Assembly (NCBI GenBank): GCA_030704615.1
Contig: CM060731.1
Span: forward strand, 18,724,001 to 18,788,000
Length of the DNA stretch: 64,000 nt
Reading direction: 5' to 3'
Source of the DNA: Takakia lepidozioides
Lineage: Eukaryota; Plantae; Bryophyta
Shown piece by piece: positions 1 through 11,100 of the stretch. The position numbers and the translations under genes were made by a program. The stretch's first letter is position 1. Each line of letters starts with the position of its first letter. Below the pieces are notes generated by a model that had not been told where the DNA came from, ran no database searches, and saw nothing but the letters and a program-made list of their open reading frames with translations.

Positions 1-367
1 CCCACTTGAATACCTTCATCGGGGTAGCGTTGTGGATGTAGTCGTAGGAACAGTCGTACTTGTTGAATAAAATCGCGAAATCTTGTACTCGTCCCATCAA
101 ATTTCTCGGGCATGCTGATCTTTGGTTCTCTCGTAATCTGTTGAAGATGAACCGTTGCATTATGAGCTGTTGTAGTAGGGACTCGTATGATTGAAGACCA
201 TTGTTCGACTCCTTTAACTCTGAAATTTGTTGTTGCAAATTGTGGAGAGCGTTGCCAAGATCTTGAGACTGATCGGCTTGCAATTGGGCGGTAGAGGTAC
301 AAAGTTCTTGCATTTGGTGCTGAAGACTCTGCAATGTGGCAACCATTTCCGCAAATGTATCTTCCAT
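1..367 (-). pseudogene. Ty3/gypsy (chromovirus, Tcn1-like) gag, N-terminal part, frameshifted, runs off the window
   Basis: Minus strand reads MEDTFAEMVATLQSLQHQ..., then in shifted frames PKISMPEKFDGTSTRFRDFIQ and VRLFLRLHPQRYPDEGIQV (PEG10/RTL-like gag motif). It lies directly downstream of the LTR and PBS. Confidence 0.8.
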
Positions 368-405
368 CTTAACTAACTAAGGAACAAACTTTAGTATCGC
401 CAAAC

Positions 406-1073
406 TGTCAAGGACGAGAACATGACTGAACACAAACAAGAGATCAGACTAGAGGTACAAGACTAAACAAGAAGTCAAGGTCGGCGTGGCCGAATGCATG
501 GTGGGTAAACATGAATCAAGATGATCTTTATAACAATGGACAAGAGTACAAGATAATAGAACTCGACTCGAATACGAGAATGCTGGAAACTGGACTGGGG
601 TACCAGATACTAGAAACTGGACTGGGGTACCAGATACTAGAAACTGGACTAAGACGCAGATGTATTTGCTTGCATTTGGCCTGAAGGCGGACGGAGGCCG
701 CCAACATCCACCACCTCCGCAATTGTGCTTCAAGCTAGACTGGAGTACTGGGACTGGGAACAAGAGTAGTTTGAACTTGTGTTGGCGAGACTGAAGAGTG
801 TCCAGTCTCGCTCCTATATATACTGGCTACTAGGAGGTTCCCTAAGAGGCTTCCCCAAAGGAGGTTTCTTGATGGAGAAGTTTCCTCCAAAGGAAGCTTC
901 TTGAGTAGTTTCCCAAGTTACTCTCGGTAATTTGATAAATTCTCGGTAACTTGGTAACTAATGGTAACTTATGATAAATCATATGGTGTATCATGGTAAC
1001 TTTCGGTAACATGATAACTTGATAACTTCTGGTATTTACTCCTGGTAAGTTCCTCTGGGCTATGTCCCTGACA
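406..1073 (-). mobile_element. 5' LTR of the chromovirus element
   Basis: TGTCA...TGACA termini, TATATATA at 815-822, internal 27-bp tandem repeat (about 585-650), followed by a PBS-like 11-mer (393-403) and gag. Confidence 0.8.
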
Positions 1074-1446
1074 CTACCCTAGTACATATGAATGAATGAA
1101 ATCCTTGGATGAATAGTTCTATGCATGCGTGAGTACGTCTACCAGCCATAGAAGGCCAATATTTTCTTTCCAATGACTTGTATTTCCTCTTATTCTATTT
1201 GCTCTCACTAAAATTTCTGATACTCATGAGTCATAGTGAAAGACTTTTGTGAGAACATTTGAGTCTCCCAGGGATCTCATAGTGAAGAGGGCAGGAACAT
1301 AAGAAGTAAAAAAAAATAGAGAATGAGAGAATGAAGGCACTATTTTTGGGGCAATTTTTACAGTAAGTGATTGGAAAGAACATAAGGCTCCATAACCTCA
1401 ACTCAACCATCACGACTTCAATCACAAGTCATAACCTATATGGCAG

Positions 1447-1605
1447 GGTTGACAACCAAGTTGTAGCCCGGCGGTAATGGGCACGTACCATCTTGGAAGT
1501 GGTTGTGGGTTTAATCCACCGATTGGTATCACAAAGGTGTCAACCTTCTTAACGGAAGGTAGTAATCCTGTAGGGTCAAGAGACACCATAATTTACGCTT
1601 CTTTG
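1447..1605 (+). mobile_element. tRNA-derived SINE (family also at 35565-35705 and 50164-50340)
   Basis: A-box-like TAGCCCGGCGG and B-box-like GGTTTAATCC; colinear similarity to 50164-50340 and 35565-35705. Confidence 0.65.
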
Positions 1606-1988
1606 GGCTTGGGGAGGGTTTAAAATTTTGGCATATGTTGTTTTATTTTTTATTTTTATTTTTTAATCTACAAAAAAAACATGCTAAACTTGTTCCCTAT
1701 ATCATGGAAGGAAGTCAGTGTAGTAGGGGATGTGTGTTGTGAGCATACAGTTGCATTAGTTTTGTATTTTCCTTTCACTATAACATATTCACCAACAGTC
1801 ACTAGCTCAGTGGGTTAAGTGCACTAAGTGCCACCCAGATGATTATGGGGTCAAATCTTGCTACTGACGGGTGTGGTATACTCTTCTCCTAAGTTCCTGG
1901 GTGGTCTCCCATTTCTACGCCTCCATGGCGGGGTTAGTGTGAAAGAGGTTATTTTCTCCTCTCACTACAATTAAGGGGCCTGATTTGT

Positions 1989-4819
1989 ACTAGAGAAAGG
2001 GCTGGGTAGGGCCGATTCTGCCCTGTAAGCGGCCCTTGGGCGAGCCCTATGGCCGCGCACATGGCCGAATCGGCCCTACACGACCCTTTCACTGGCATTA
2101 AAAGTTGGTAGGGCGTATTCGTACGTATTATACTGGATTCTACTATTTCCATCTTGCTCACTTCTACGGTGGTTTCATTGTTGTTGCGTGTAGTTGCTAC
2201 GTGTAAGTAGTTGTTGCGTTGATGTTATGTATTTCTGCTTCGTGATGGAGAGCCCGTGGCGTGGAGTTCTAGGAAATATTTCCAATGTGCCTCAGACGAC
2301 ATCAGGTGGTAATCTGAAGAAAGCGCGTCTATATGCTGCAGATTCGCAAGTGCCGAATTCATCTTTTTCAGATCCTGTTGCACAAAAAAATGACGACGAA
2401 GAAGATGAGCTCGATTTGGCTTTTTCTACGTACCAGTCTGATACAGGAGTTGCTTCTTACGACGATCCAGCTTTTGAAGATATGTTCAGTGTTGTCGATA
2501 ATGGATTTGTTGATGCAGATGGTAATTCAGTTCCTGTAAGTCAAGACATTCTTGATTTCAGTTGGTGGCAATGAAGGCATTCTCAGTCACCCTGCAATGC
2601 CACATTCCAATCAAACAATACTGAAATGGGAATTTGTGATCTTGATGCTGAACCGGATTGGTTAACAAATGGCACTCACGCTTTCAGCGCCGCTGCTGAA
2701 AATATTTTCATGCAAGAACCGATCAATGATGGCGTTCAGAATGCCGATTCTGCTAGTGCTTCAAGCGCGGAGACAATGGCAAAAGAATTCGACCTACTCC
2801 GACGTGGATTTCGGCAGCTTGACAAAGAAGAGGTCGAGGAATTGAAGAAGGGAGGGCCACGAAAATCACTGTATATGGAGCGCTGGGGGAGGAACCGGTT
2901 TGGAGACTGGAGGAAGGTCACCGGTGGTCTTTGCATGGACTCAATTGAAGAAATGTTTGTGCATCGCCTGCCGGAACTTGTGGAGATGCTTTCTCAGTTT
3001 ATGTTGGAGGTGCAACGCAAAGACGGGAAACTTTATCCCGGTGAAACCCTGGTTACACTATTGCGCGCTATTGGACGGATTATTAGGGGGAAATTGGAGG
3101 CCGATTCTGTCAGGACTAGTGAAGTGGCAGAGAAGTTCGTGATCATCGACGATCCTCGTTTTAAAAAAATGTGCATATCTTGCTTAATTGCTGTGAAGAG
3201 GTCTGTGAGAGCGGGAATAGGCCGTAAGAGAAAAATTACCTCTCCTCTTACCTACGAGATGGGACAGCAAATATTAGTGTTGCCAATGATGTGCAGAACT
3301 GACAGAAGGGGATGTGTGCTGCGTGTAGCATATTACGTGATACACAATTTCTGTGTACGTGCACAAACTGAATTGTACAACATAATGGATTGTGATTTTT
3401 CCATTTGCCAGGACAATATCAATGGGAAGCATGTCAGGTTCGACGAGAGGGATACGAAGAATCACTTGTAAAGTTGATTTGCTGCACTGCCAGCCAGAAA
3501 AAATGAGGCGATCAGTAACTTGTAATCATCCAAATCTCGTTGAGACCTTCGAGACATATATGTCTCATTGGCCGAAGTGGAATGAAAAGGATCTTGATCC
3601 GCCTCATCCTTTTTTTCTGCGAGCAATTAATGATAATCTCAACCTCACAGAGCCTGACGTCTGGTACGCAAAGAAAAGAGTGGGTGTAAAGATGATCGCA
3701 AAATGGCTGAAAATGATGGTAGCTGCTCTTCCTGGGGCGCATGATGGTAACTATACCAACAAGAGTGCACGGGTGACTACTATATGTCGATTTAATGCAA
3801 TGGGAGTTCCTCCAGAACTGGGGATGAGAATGACAGGCCACACCTCTAGGGAGGGTTACATGCGTTATGACATAGATCACGACGGAATAATCATGCGTGC
3901 GCTCCAAAATGTTGCTTCTGCAGTGCCAGGTACTGGTGGAGATGTGTCGTGGGAGGCAGCACTAAAATATGAAAAAGATCGTTACAAGAAGCTTCAGGGA
4001 TTTGCTATAACCGATGGCTCATCAACTAGTGCACCTGAATGTCTGGATTCGGTTTCTGGTGATCACTTGGCGAATGTGCCATCGTCGGTTTCTGCATCGA
4101 AGGAAGTTTGCGCTTCGAAGATATCTGCAGCATTGGCCGATTCTGTTGGAGTATCGAATTCTAAGGCCCTTGTTGTTCGTGCTCCTAATGAGCTCTCGCG
4201 CTTGAGTGATGATGATTTTTGGGAGGACAAGGGGGTTCTCAATGAGGTGAGTGAAATGATGCGCTCTCATGGAGCTCTGCGTCCAGGACCTACTTACAAT
4301 GTGTCGAACACTCGCACGATTGGAAGTACTATCTTTCAAGGGAATTTGACGAATTGCACCATTCAGTTGACTGTGCCGGATGCAGCTACTGCAGCTTCGA
4401 TTCTTTCTGGCGCTACGGGAGCTCCAAGTGATCCTGGTTCTGCGTAGTTTTAGATTCGGATTCACATTGAATCGATCATGCAAATCATTCTTGTTAGCAC
4501 TAGTGCTCCATTGATGCTGGATCCCGGTAGTTTGTAGATTAGATACATTTTTACAGCAATAATCAACCAGGAGCAGATTCACATTGAATCAATTTTGTAC
4601 AAAATTTCTCATTGAATTTCTGCGCTGCGTGCTTGCTTTCTCCGCCATTTTCTAAATTGAAACCGTAGCTGGATGGAGAAGCGACGTATGTCTCCCCGTA
4701 TGAGAATTATATGGTGTATTTATACGGTGCAGATTCTGTGGCAGAATCGGCAGTAGTGGCCGATTCTGCACACCAATTACGCCGGGAAAGGGCCCGAATA
4801 CGCCCTACCTGCTTTTAAC
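1989..4819 (+). mobile_element. Tyrosine-recombinase DNA transposon (Crypton/DUF3504-like), copy 1
   Basis: Boundaries set by the empty site at 47592-47634 and by the internal inverted copy of the joined ends (2067-2121). Encodes a YR; no RT or gag seen. Confidence 0.85.
2245..4447 (+). pseudogene. DUF3504-like tyrosine recombinase with one in-frame stop (2572-2574) and one frameshift (about 3467-3470)
   Basis: Catalytic motifs VRAQTEL (R), TKNH (K), TNKSAR (K-x-x-R), TGHTS (H), YMRY (Y), plus PFFLRA and WY..KRVG typical of DUF3504/CryptonA. Removing TTGT restores NHKVDL as in copy 2. Confidence 0.8.
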
Positions 4820-4853
4820 GTGCGCTGTCGCTCCCAGGTGTTTCCCTTTAGAA

Positions 4854-4857
<4 letters not shown>

Positions 4858-4889
<32 letters not shown>
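4858..4889. repeat. (TA)n microsatellite
   Basis: Direct inspection. Confidence 0.95.
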
Positions 4890-4891
<2 letters not shown>

Positions 4892-5192
4892 TTTAGATAT
4901 TTCCAGATTATGTAGAATAATATCCCCTCCTGTTTGTTCGACTCAATCGTTCAAGGTACAACGAGCAGGAAACGAAACGAACTGCTCTGAACTTGGACGA
5001 TCGCTAAAGCACCGTCTGTCCGACCCGACGAACGTTTGGATCCGGGGTTTGGTTTGTGAAGTGTAGCGATTTCTACACGAGAGTGCGGTAGATTAGATTC
5101 TTGAATGCGGTAGTCTTGAGGATGCCCTCTGCTCAGATTTCGAAGATAAGTAAGGGCAATTGGCTCTGAAAGCAAGCTTGCTAACGCAAAGG

Positions 5193-8100
5193 ATGCAGGG
5201 GAATCAGCACCGGGTCACTTTCTCTCTTCCTCCTGAGGGAGAATACTTCCAGGAAAAAGCGGAGATCGGTCCAGATGAGAGGAATCTGCCTCACAGAAAG
5301 CGGAGCTTCACACAGTTGCTGATGGAAAACCCTAAAGATGCAGATTCCATGGCCTTAGATGAGATGGACGCAACGTATGTTGATTAAATTCCTGCATGAT
5401 CTCTGATACCTTTGTCATTTCCAATTGAAATTTTCTAGGTTGGTGTATTGATATTCGTTCTATCAGTAGTTCTGTTATTGCATATGGCGTCGGGAGGATG
5501 CATCGTGCAAACTTGTAGGGGGTAGAAATTTTTAATGCATAGCAAGTAGAGGCTAACGTTTGAAATGAACACGAGCAAGTGGAATTGCCATTATGATAAA
5601 ATTGAGAGGGAAAACAGAGACGACTCCGGCCAGCGAATATACCGAAATTTTATTTGGAGTTCTGCTTTCAATGCAGGGATGATGATGGGGAGAGCGTTGA
5701 GCTTGAGGAAGATAATTGTGACGGGGATTCCATTCACGAAGAGTTAGAGCAGAGTGAGGCAGAGGGATTGGGAGGCAGCGAGAGAGAAGAGGAGGACGAG
5801 AGACACCATGAAGGAGACGCGGAGGTGGACGTGGAGGGAGATGATTATGAGGAGTACGAGCTCTTGTTCGAGGGGGAGATGGATCCCTTGACGTTTGCAG
5901 AGGAGGATGAAAGTGGAAAGCTGCCTTACGAGCAGTTCCAGCGGCTGGAATACGAGGCACTTGCTGCACGCAAGCGGAAAGCATTGGCCGCACAATCGTA
6001 AGTTTCTTTCTTATCCAAATTTTCTGTACCTTCCTTTATGCTGCACTCCTTAGGCATGATGTTGTGTGTGTGAGAGAGGAGGGAAGAAGAAAGAAAGAAA
6101 GAAAGAAAAACTACACAATGTCGGAGGGTCCCAGTGAGAGATAGAAGTAAAGAAAGAATTAACTTTATGACATCCTGAGTCCCCTGAGGGCTCATGGGAC
6201 AAAGTGGAAAGATAAGAACTGCATCTGAGGGAAGACAAAGTGACTTCTCTCAGCTCATCTGAAACACCAGGGTTTTAGGATAAGGGGTTGGATGGAGTCT
6301 GTTTGTATGTCTGATGGTAATGGAGTGACTTGTGTACACTGCTGTTGCTTCTCAATTGTGGGAGTACTTACAGTTTAAATAATGGCATGCCACTTCTTCA
6401 ATACATCAATACCATCATTTCAGGAAATGACCTCTCACATGGCAGAAAAAATATTCAAAGCTCTGGGTATTGTATTGGCACGGTCTGATCTCCTGGTTCC
6501 TTTCTTCTTTCTGTTAGGGCAGAGAGTGCACAGGCAAAGAAGGCCAAGCAGCAAGATGTATTTGGGGCAAGTGTGGATGACATCTGGAATGCTGCAGGCT
6601 TTGGATCTAATCGCCGGCGCCGAAGAGAGGTCCGTGAATCTTACGAGGGAAGAAAGAAGAAAGAAATAATCTTTATAATGACCACACACCTGAGAGAGAG
6701 AGAATGTCGTCATAAGATGTTGGTTGCTGTAGTCTTGTGGCCATAGACCCCACGCCCAGTTTGGGCTGAACAATGTGGAATATGAACTCTCCTGGATGCT
6801 GTTGTCGAATTTCAGCCAACCAGTCTGTATGAGACTCCACTCAATATTAGCACAGTGATTACCGACAGCTGTTGGCACTCCCGACAAATGGAATTGAGTA
6901 TTGATGCTTGTACTGCTGTCGATTGAATACCATGAGGTTGCTGCTGTAGCTCACTGGCTGGTGTGGACTATGTGCCAGTCAAAAGAGTTCAAGAGAAAAG
7001 TGCAGGAAAGAGGAAGAGATTCTTGATTCCACAGAAGCTCAAAAGCGCAGAAAGAGAGATGGAGAGATTGCCATGTTTAGTCAATCAGCTCCTTTCTTGC
7101 CATGGTCATTTGTATTTGATGGGCTCACGATTGTCTGGCATCCTGCTTCATTGAAGTTGATGGACTCCTTCTGTTTGGCAGCCAAAGAAGAGAGGCAGAA
7201 AGAAACTTCCTCCAGGTGCGTCAAGACTGACACCTGAGGTTACCAGGAAACTTGGGGAAGCAAATCTTCTGTATGCCAGCGGCCGATTTGATGAGGTGCA
7301 CCTTGAGTTTCATATGCCTTAAACTTATACACAGTTAGAGAATGTACTCATAGATGACGTTTGCAATGCCCTGTTGCTTGCCATAGACCCTGTGCCTAGT
7401 TTGGGCGAAAGAGAGATTGTACTCATAAGACATTGTTTGCAGTAGCCTTGTGGCCATTGACCCCGCGCCCAGTTTGAGCGGGAACAAAAGGGACAGAACC
7501 TACCTCTGTCAGGGGCTGACGTTGGTAGTAAGACTTACCTTCATATATAGAATTAATCCGGGTTTTCCAGATATCCTCTAGAAATCCCTTCACACAAGCA
7601 TCAATCTGCTGTGTGTGATTTGCCCAAAAACTAGGCCTCAGGAGGGCCTGGGCTTTTGGCTCAGCCTCGAGACTTTCAAAGTTGGTAAACAGGGGTACAG
7701 GCACAATTCCCTTGATAGATTTGAAGAGAGCGTCTCTTTGGTGAGAGAACCCCGGACAGTGTATCAGAAAATGAATACTGTCTTCAGATTGCCCACACAA
7801 CGGGCAATTGCACTCTCCCTTTCCTCTCTGCTTCTGTTTGCTGTTCAAAGGTAGGCTTCCTGCCCTGAGTTTAAATTTCAGTCTAGTGCCGAGAGTGGGT
7901 AGACCCTTGAGGTCATCCAAGATGTCCTCCCTCATGTCACTGACTGGAAACAAGTTCAGGGAAGTTTTCTGCCTAACTTCATTTTCATCAGACAATCTCA
8001 TGGCAACAGACATGGCTTTGGACACTACAGCCTCTAAGTCAGATTGGACATATGTTGCAGCTGACCCCACCATCTGACCTTGAATTCATCTCGTTGGGAG

Positions 8101-11100
8101 CTTAAGGACGGAATGCCAAACTCACCCCGAACAGCCACATTGGCTGTTTTGGAGCATGCTGACATACACTCCTTAAGCACCTCCACTTGAATGGATTCTA
8201 GAGACTTAGCCTGGTTGGAGTTATGATGTTGATCAAGTTCTTTTGTGTAGTCCTATGTGCAAAATAAAAAAATTCATCCTACATATGATAATCTTGTGCC
8301 ACCTACATTCTATATAAGGCTCTTACTTATGGTACATTGCAGGCACTGGAGCTACTAAAGGAGGTGGTACGGATAGCTCCAAATGTGGCAGATTCATACC
8401 ACACACTGGGCCTCTTGTATGATGCCAAGGGTGACCGCAAGAAGGCTCTTAACTTCTACATGATTGCCGCCCATCTCACACCCAAGGATGTTGTGCTATG
8501 GAAACGCTTGGCTTCCTGGTCAATGTAATATGTTTTCCTGACTTTGCGCTTCCACTCTACATTGGTTTGTTGAGGAACATTCTATTCTTTCTATATGATG
8601 TGTAAAAATGTGAAGCTTGCACAGATTGATAGTGACGTGGACTATGACTGGTTCAGGGAACAAGGAAATTCAGGACAGGTGATATATTGCTTGACAAAAG
8701 CAATAAAAGCAGATCCCACTGATGAGGATGCCAAGTGGGACCGCGCCTCTCTGTATGCAGAGCTACAGGACTATCAAAAGGCTGCAGAGTCTTTTGAGCA
8801 AATCCTAACACTGCGTCCCAGTGATGTTGAGGTGTGCAAAATGGTTGCCAAGGTAGGGGCTTATATCTCTTTTTCACTCCCTCAATTCTAGATTGGGGTG
8901 CCAAGTCCTAAACAGTGAATTTGTTTGACAACTGGACATATGCATGCCACCAAAATCACCTCAACTGATGCTGGAAACTTGAAACCCTTTGCAAGTTTAC
9001 TGGACATCTCAAAAAGTTTGGGTGTTGTTGTGTGTCCAATCAGATGCAACACAAGGACGGGCAGTGTGAACGGGCCACACAGGTGCTGGAAAGATTGATT
9101 GATGAGCATCCAAGGGAGGCGGATTTGACAGCTGTCAACCTTCTAGCAGAGCTGCATATGGATAACGGTGCCTTTGTGGCAGCAATTTCCCGGATTGAGG
9201 GGGCGCGTGTTCTCTATTGTGCTGACCAACACCTTCCCCTTGACCTTGCTGTGAAAGCTGGCATTTGCTATGCGTATATGGGGAATTTGGATGATGCTGA
9301 GGTGGCTTCCTTTCTATCCTGTTCCAATTATACTGACCAGAATGCAATAGGTGCTCCATCAACTTTGAATTGATTGAGTCGGATAGCAGTTTGACTCTAT
9401 CTTTTAGCCTTCAGACATGAAAGAAAGTGTGCCACTTCAAAATCAGTTGGCTATGAGACTGAGTTTGGTGGTACATTTGTATCAGTGTTTTAGGAATGTA
9501 ACAGCATAAATGAGCTTGGCTAAAGACACAGTTAGAAGGCTCAGGGTTAGGCCTTTGGATAGTAAGCAGCGAACACCAAGGGGTATTCTCAGAGCAAAGG
9601 GGAATCCTCGGGGAAACCTGATGTGAGTCTCCAGGGGGAAGCCACAGGCCTGATCTTGAGAAGCAAGATTGAGGGCATAGCATGCTGTGAAGTAGAGTAC
9701 TCCTGGGCAAGTGCAAGAAGAGGATTCAAGGTTACATGGTTGACTTGCTCATACATTGATGTAGGGTCTGGTTTTACTATATGAAGACTGCGCCATCCTA
9801 AGTTCTCAAACACATTAAGTTGTTTAATTTGAAATGACTTTGGCAGAGAAATTTTGACGGGCTAAGTAAGGAGAGTGTGGATGAAATTGCGGATTTGGTG
9901 CTGGAAGTGGGTGATGCATACCTGGCGCTTGGAGAACACAGGCACGCCCTCCGCTTTTATCAGAAGCTTGATGGCAACAAGGCCTTTGACAATGTAGATC
10001 CCATTCTCTCTCTTTTTTCCTTCAACTGACTCCAGTCCATCCAGACTGGCAAGCACAGTCAACGTTTACACCTCTTTTCCTTTAAGAAGAGAGCTTGAGA
10101 GTCTTCTGGGTCTCATGAACACCACCTGTTAGCTTCACGCCTTGAGGCCTTAGGTGATTAGTGGATATATCTCAATGCCGGATGTCCTGAAACTGTCACT
10201 GCTGCTTGTTGTTTCACAGCACTCTACATCACTCTTGATATTCTGTATATGCAGTCATTCATCAGTCATATGTCTGTAAACCTGTTGCGCAAACAGTTGA
10301 AATTGAGGGGAAAGCAAAAGAGAGACTAGTTCTACTTGTTTTCGATGATGACAAGTAATGTGGCAAGCCTTTTTACCTGCACATGATCCCTCTTCTTTAT
10401 CCACCTGCCTTTTTAGGGTGTCGCTCTGTTTCACTCCAGCAGACAGGATTGTGAAAACATGTATCAAAGGGGTAGAGTTTCAATTGTGATGCCAGAGGGA
10501 TGTGTAACTATCTAAGAATCTCTTCTGGTACACATGGAGGGCAGGTACTGTTGTGGCTAAAGGTGGCTCAATGTTACATTTCAATAAAGGCAGATGCAGA
10601 TGCGATTTGTGTTTACCTTCAGGGTATGCCCCCCATCTACTTCACTGGCTCTCTCTCTCTCCCTTTAGGGAACGGCATGAGTACATTCTCTGTCTTGTTT
10701 CAAAACTCGATGCAGAGCCTAAGCCCTGGCCCTGTTCTAATAGCTGGGCAGCTCACACACAGTAGATTGATGCTTGTGTGTAGGGCTTTCTAGAGGAAAT
10801 CTGGAAAGCCTGAACCAATTGCATAAACCAAGGTGAGTCCCACTACTGGTGTGAGCCCCTCACCAAGGTTTGTTCAGCCCAAACTGGGCCGCAGAGTCCA
10901 TGGCGGCTACAGCCACAAGGCTCCAGTCTGTAGGCTATTGCTGTGTGGGCACTTCCCTTTGTTTAGAAGGTAAGCTTCACTACTGAAGCATTGTCCTACT
11001 TCCTCCTTCCAGGAAACGAATTTTGATGTGGCATGGCATTGATGCTGGGGTTGGCACAGTGGTGAAGGAGATGCCCGAACATGTTGATGCACGTCTTACT

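Larger units (their letters stand above)
1795..4850 (+). mobile_element. tRNA-headed SINE-like repeat interrupted by the YR element (parts 1795-1988 and 4820-4850)
   Basis: TAGCTCAGTGG A-box and GGTCAAATC B-box-like motifs. The tail AAGGGGCCTGATTTGT/GCGCTGTCGCTCCCAGGTGTTTCCCTT is split by the insertion but contiguous at 47592-47634. Confidence 0.55.

Noticed and set aside
1797-1875. Functional tRNA genes (also at 1460, 35000, 35575, 50180)
   Set aside because: A/B boxes are present but no consistent cloverleaf, and each continues into a repeat body, so they are treated as SINE heads.
1989-4819. DIRS retrotransposon or prophage/bacterial integrase contamination
   Set aside because: No gag, RT or RNase H; motifs are DUF3504-like; inserted in a plant repeat; the relative has an intron.
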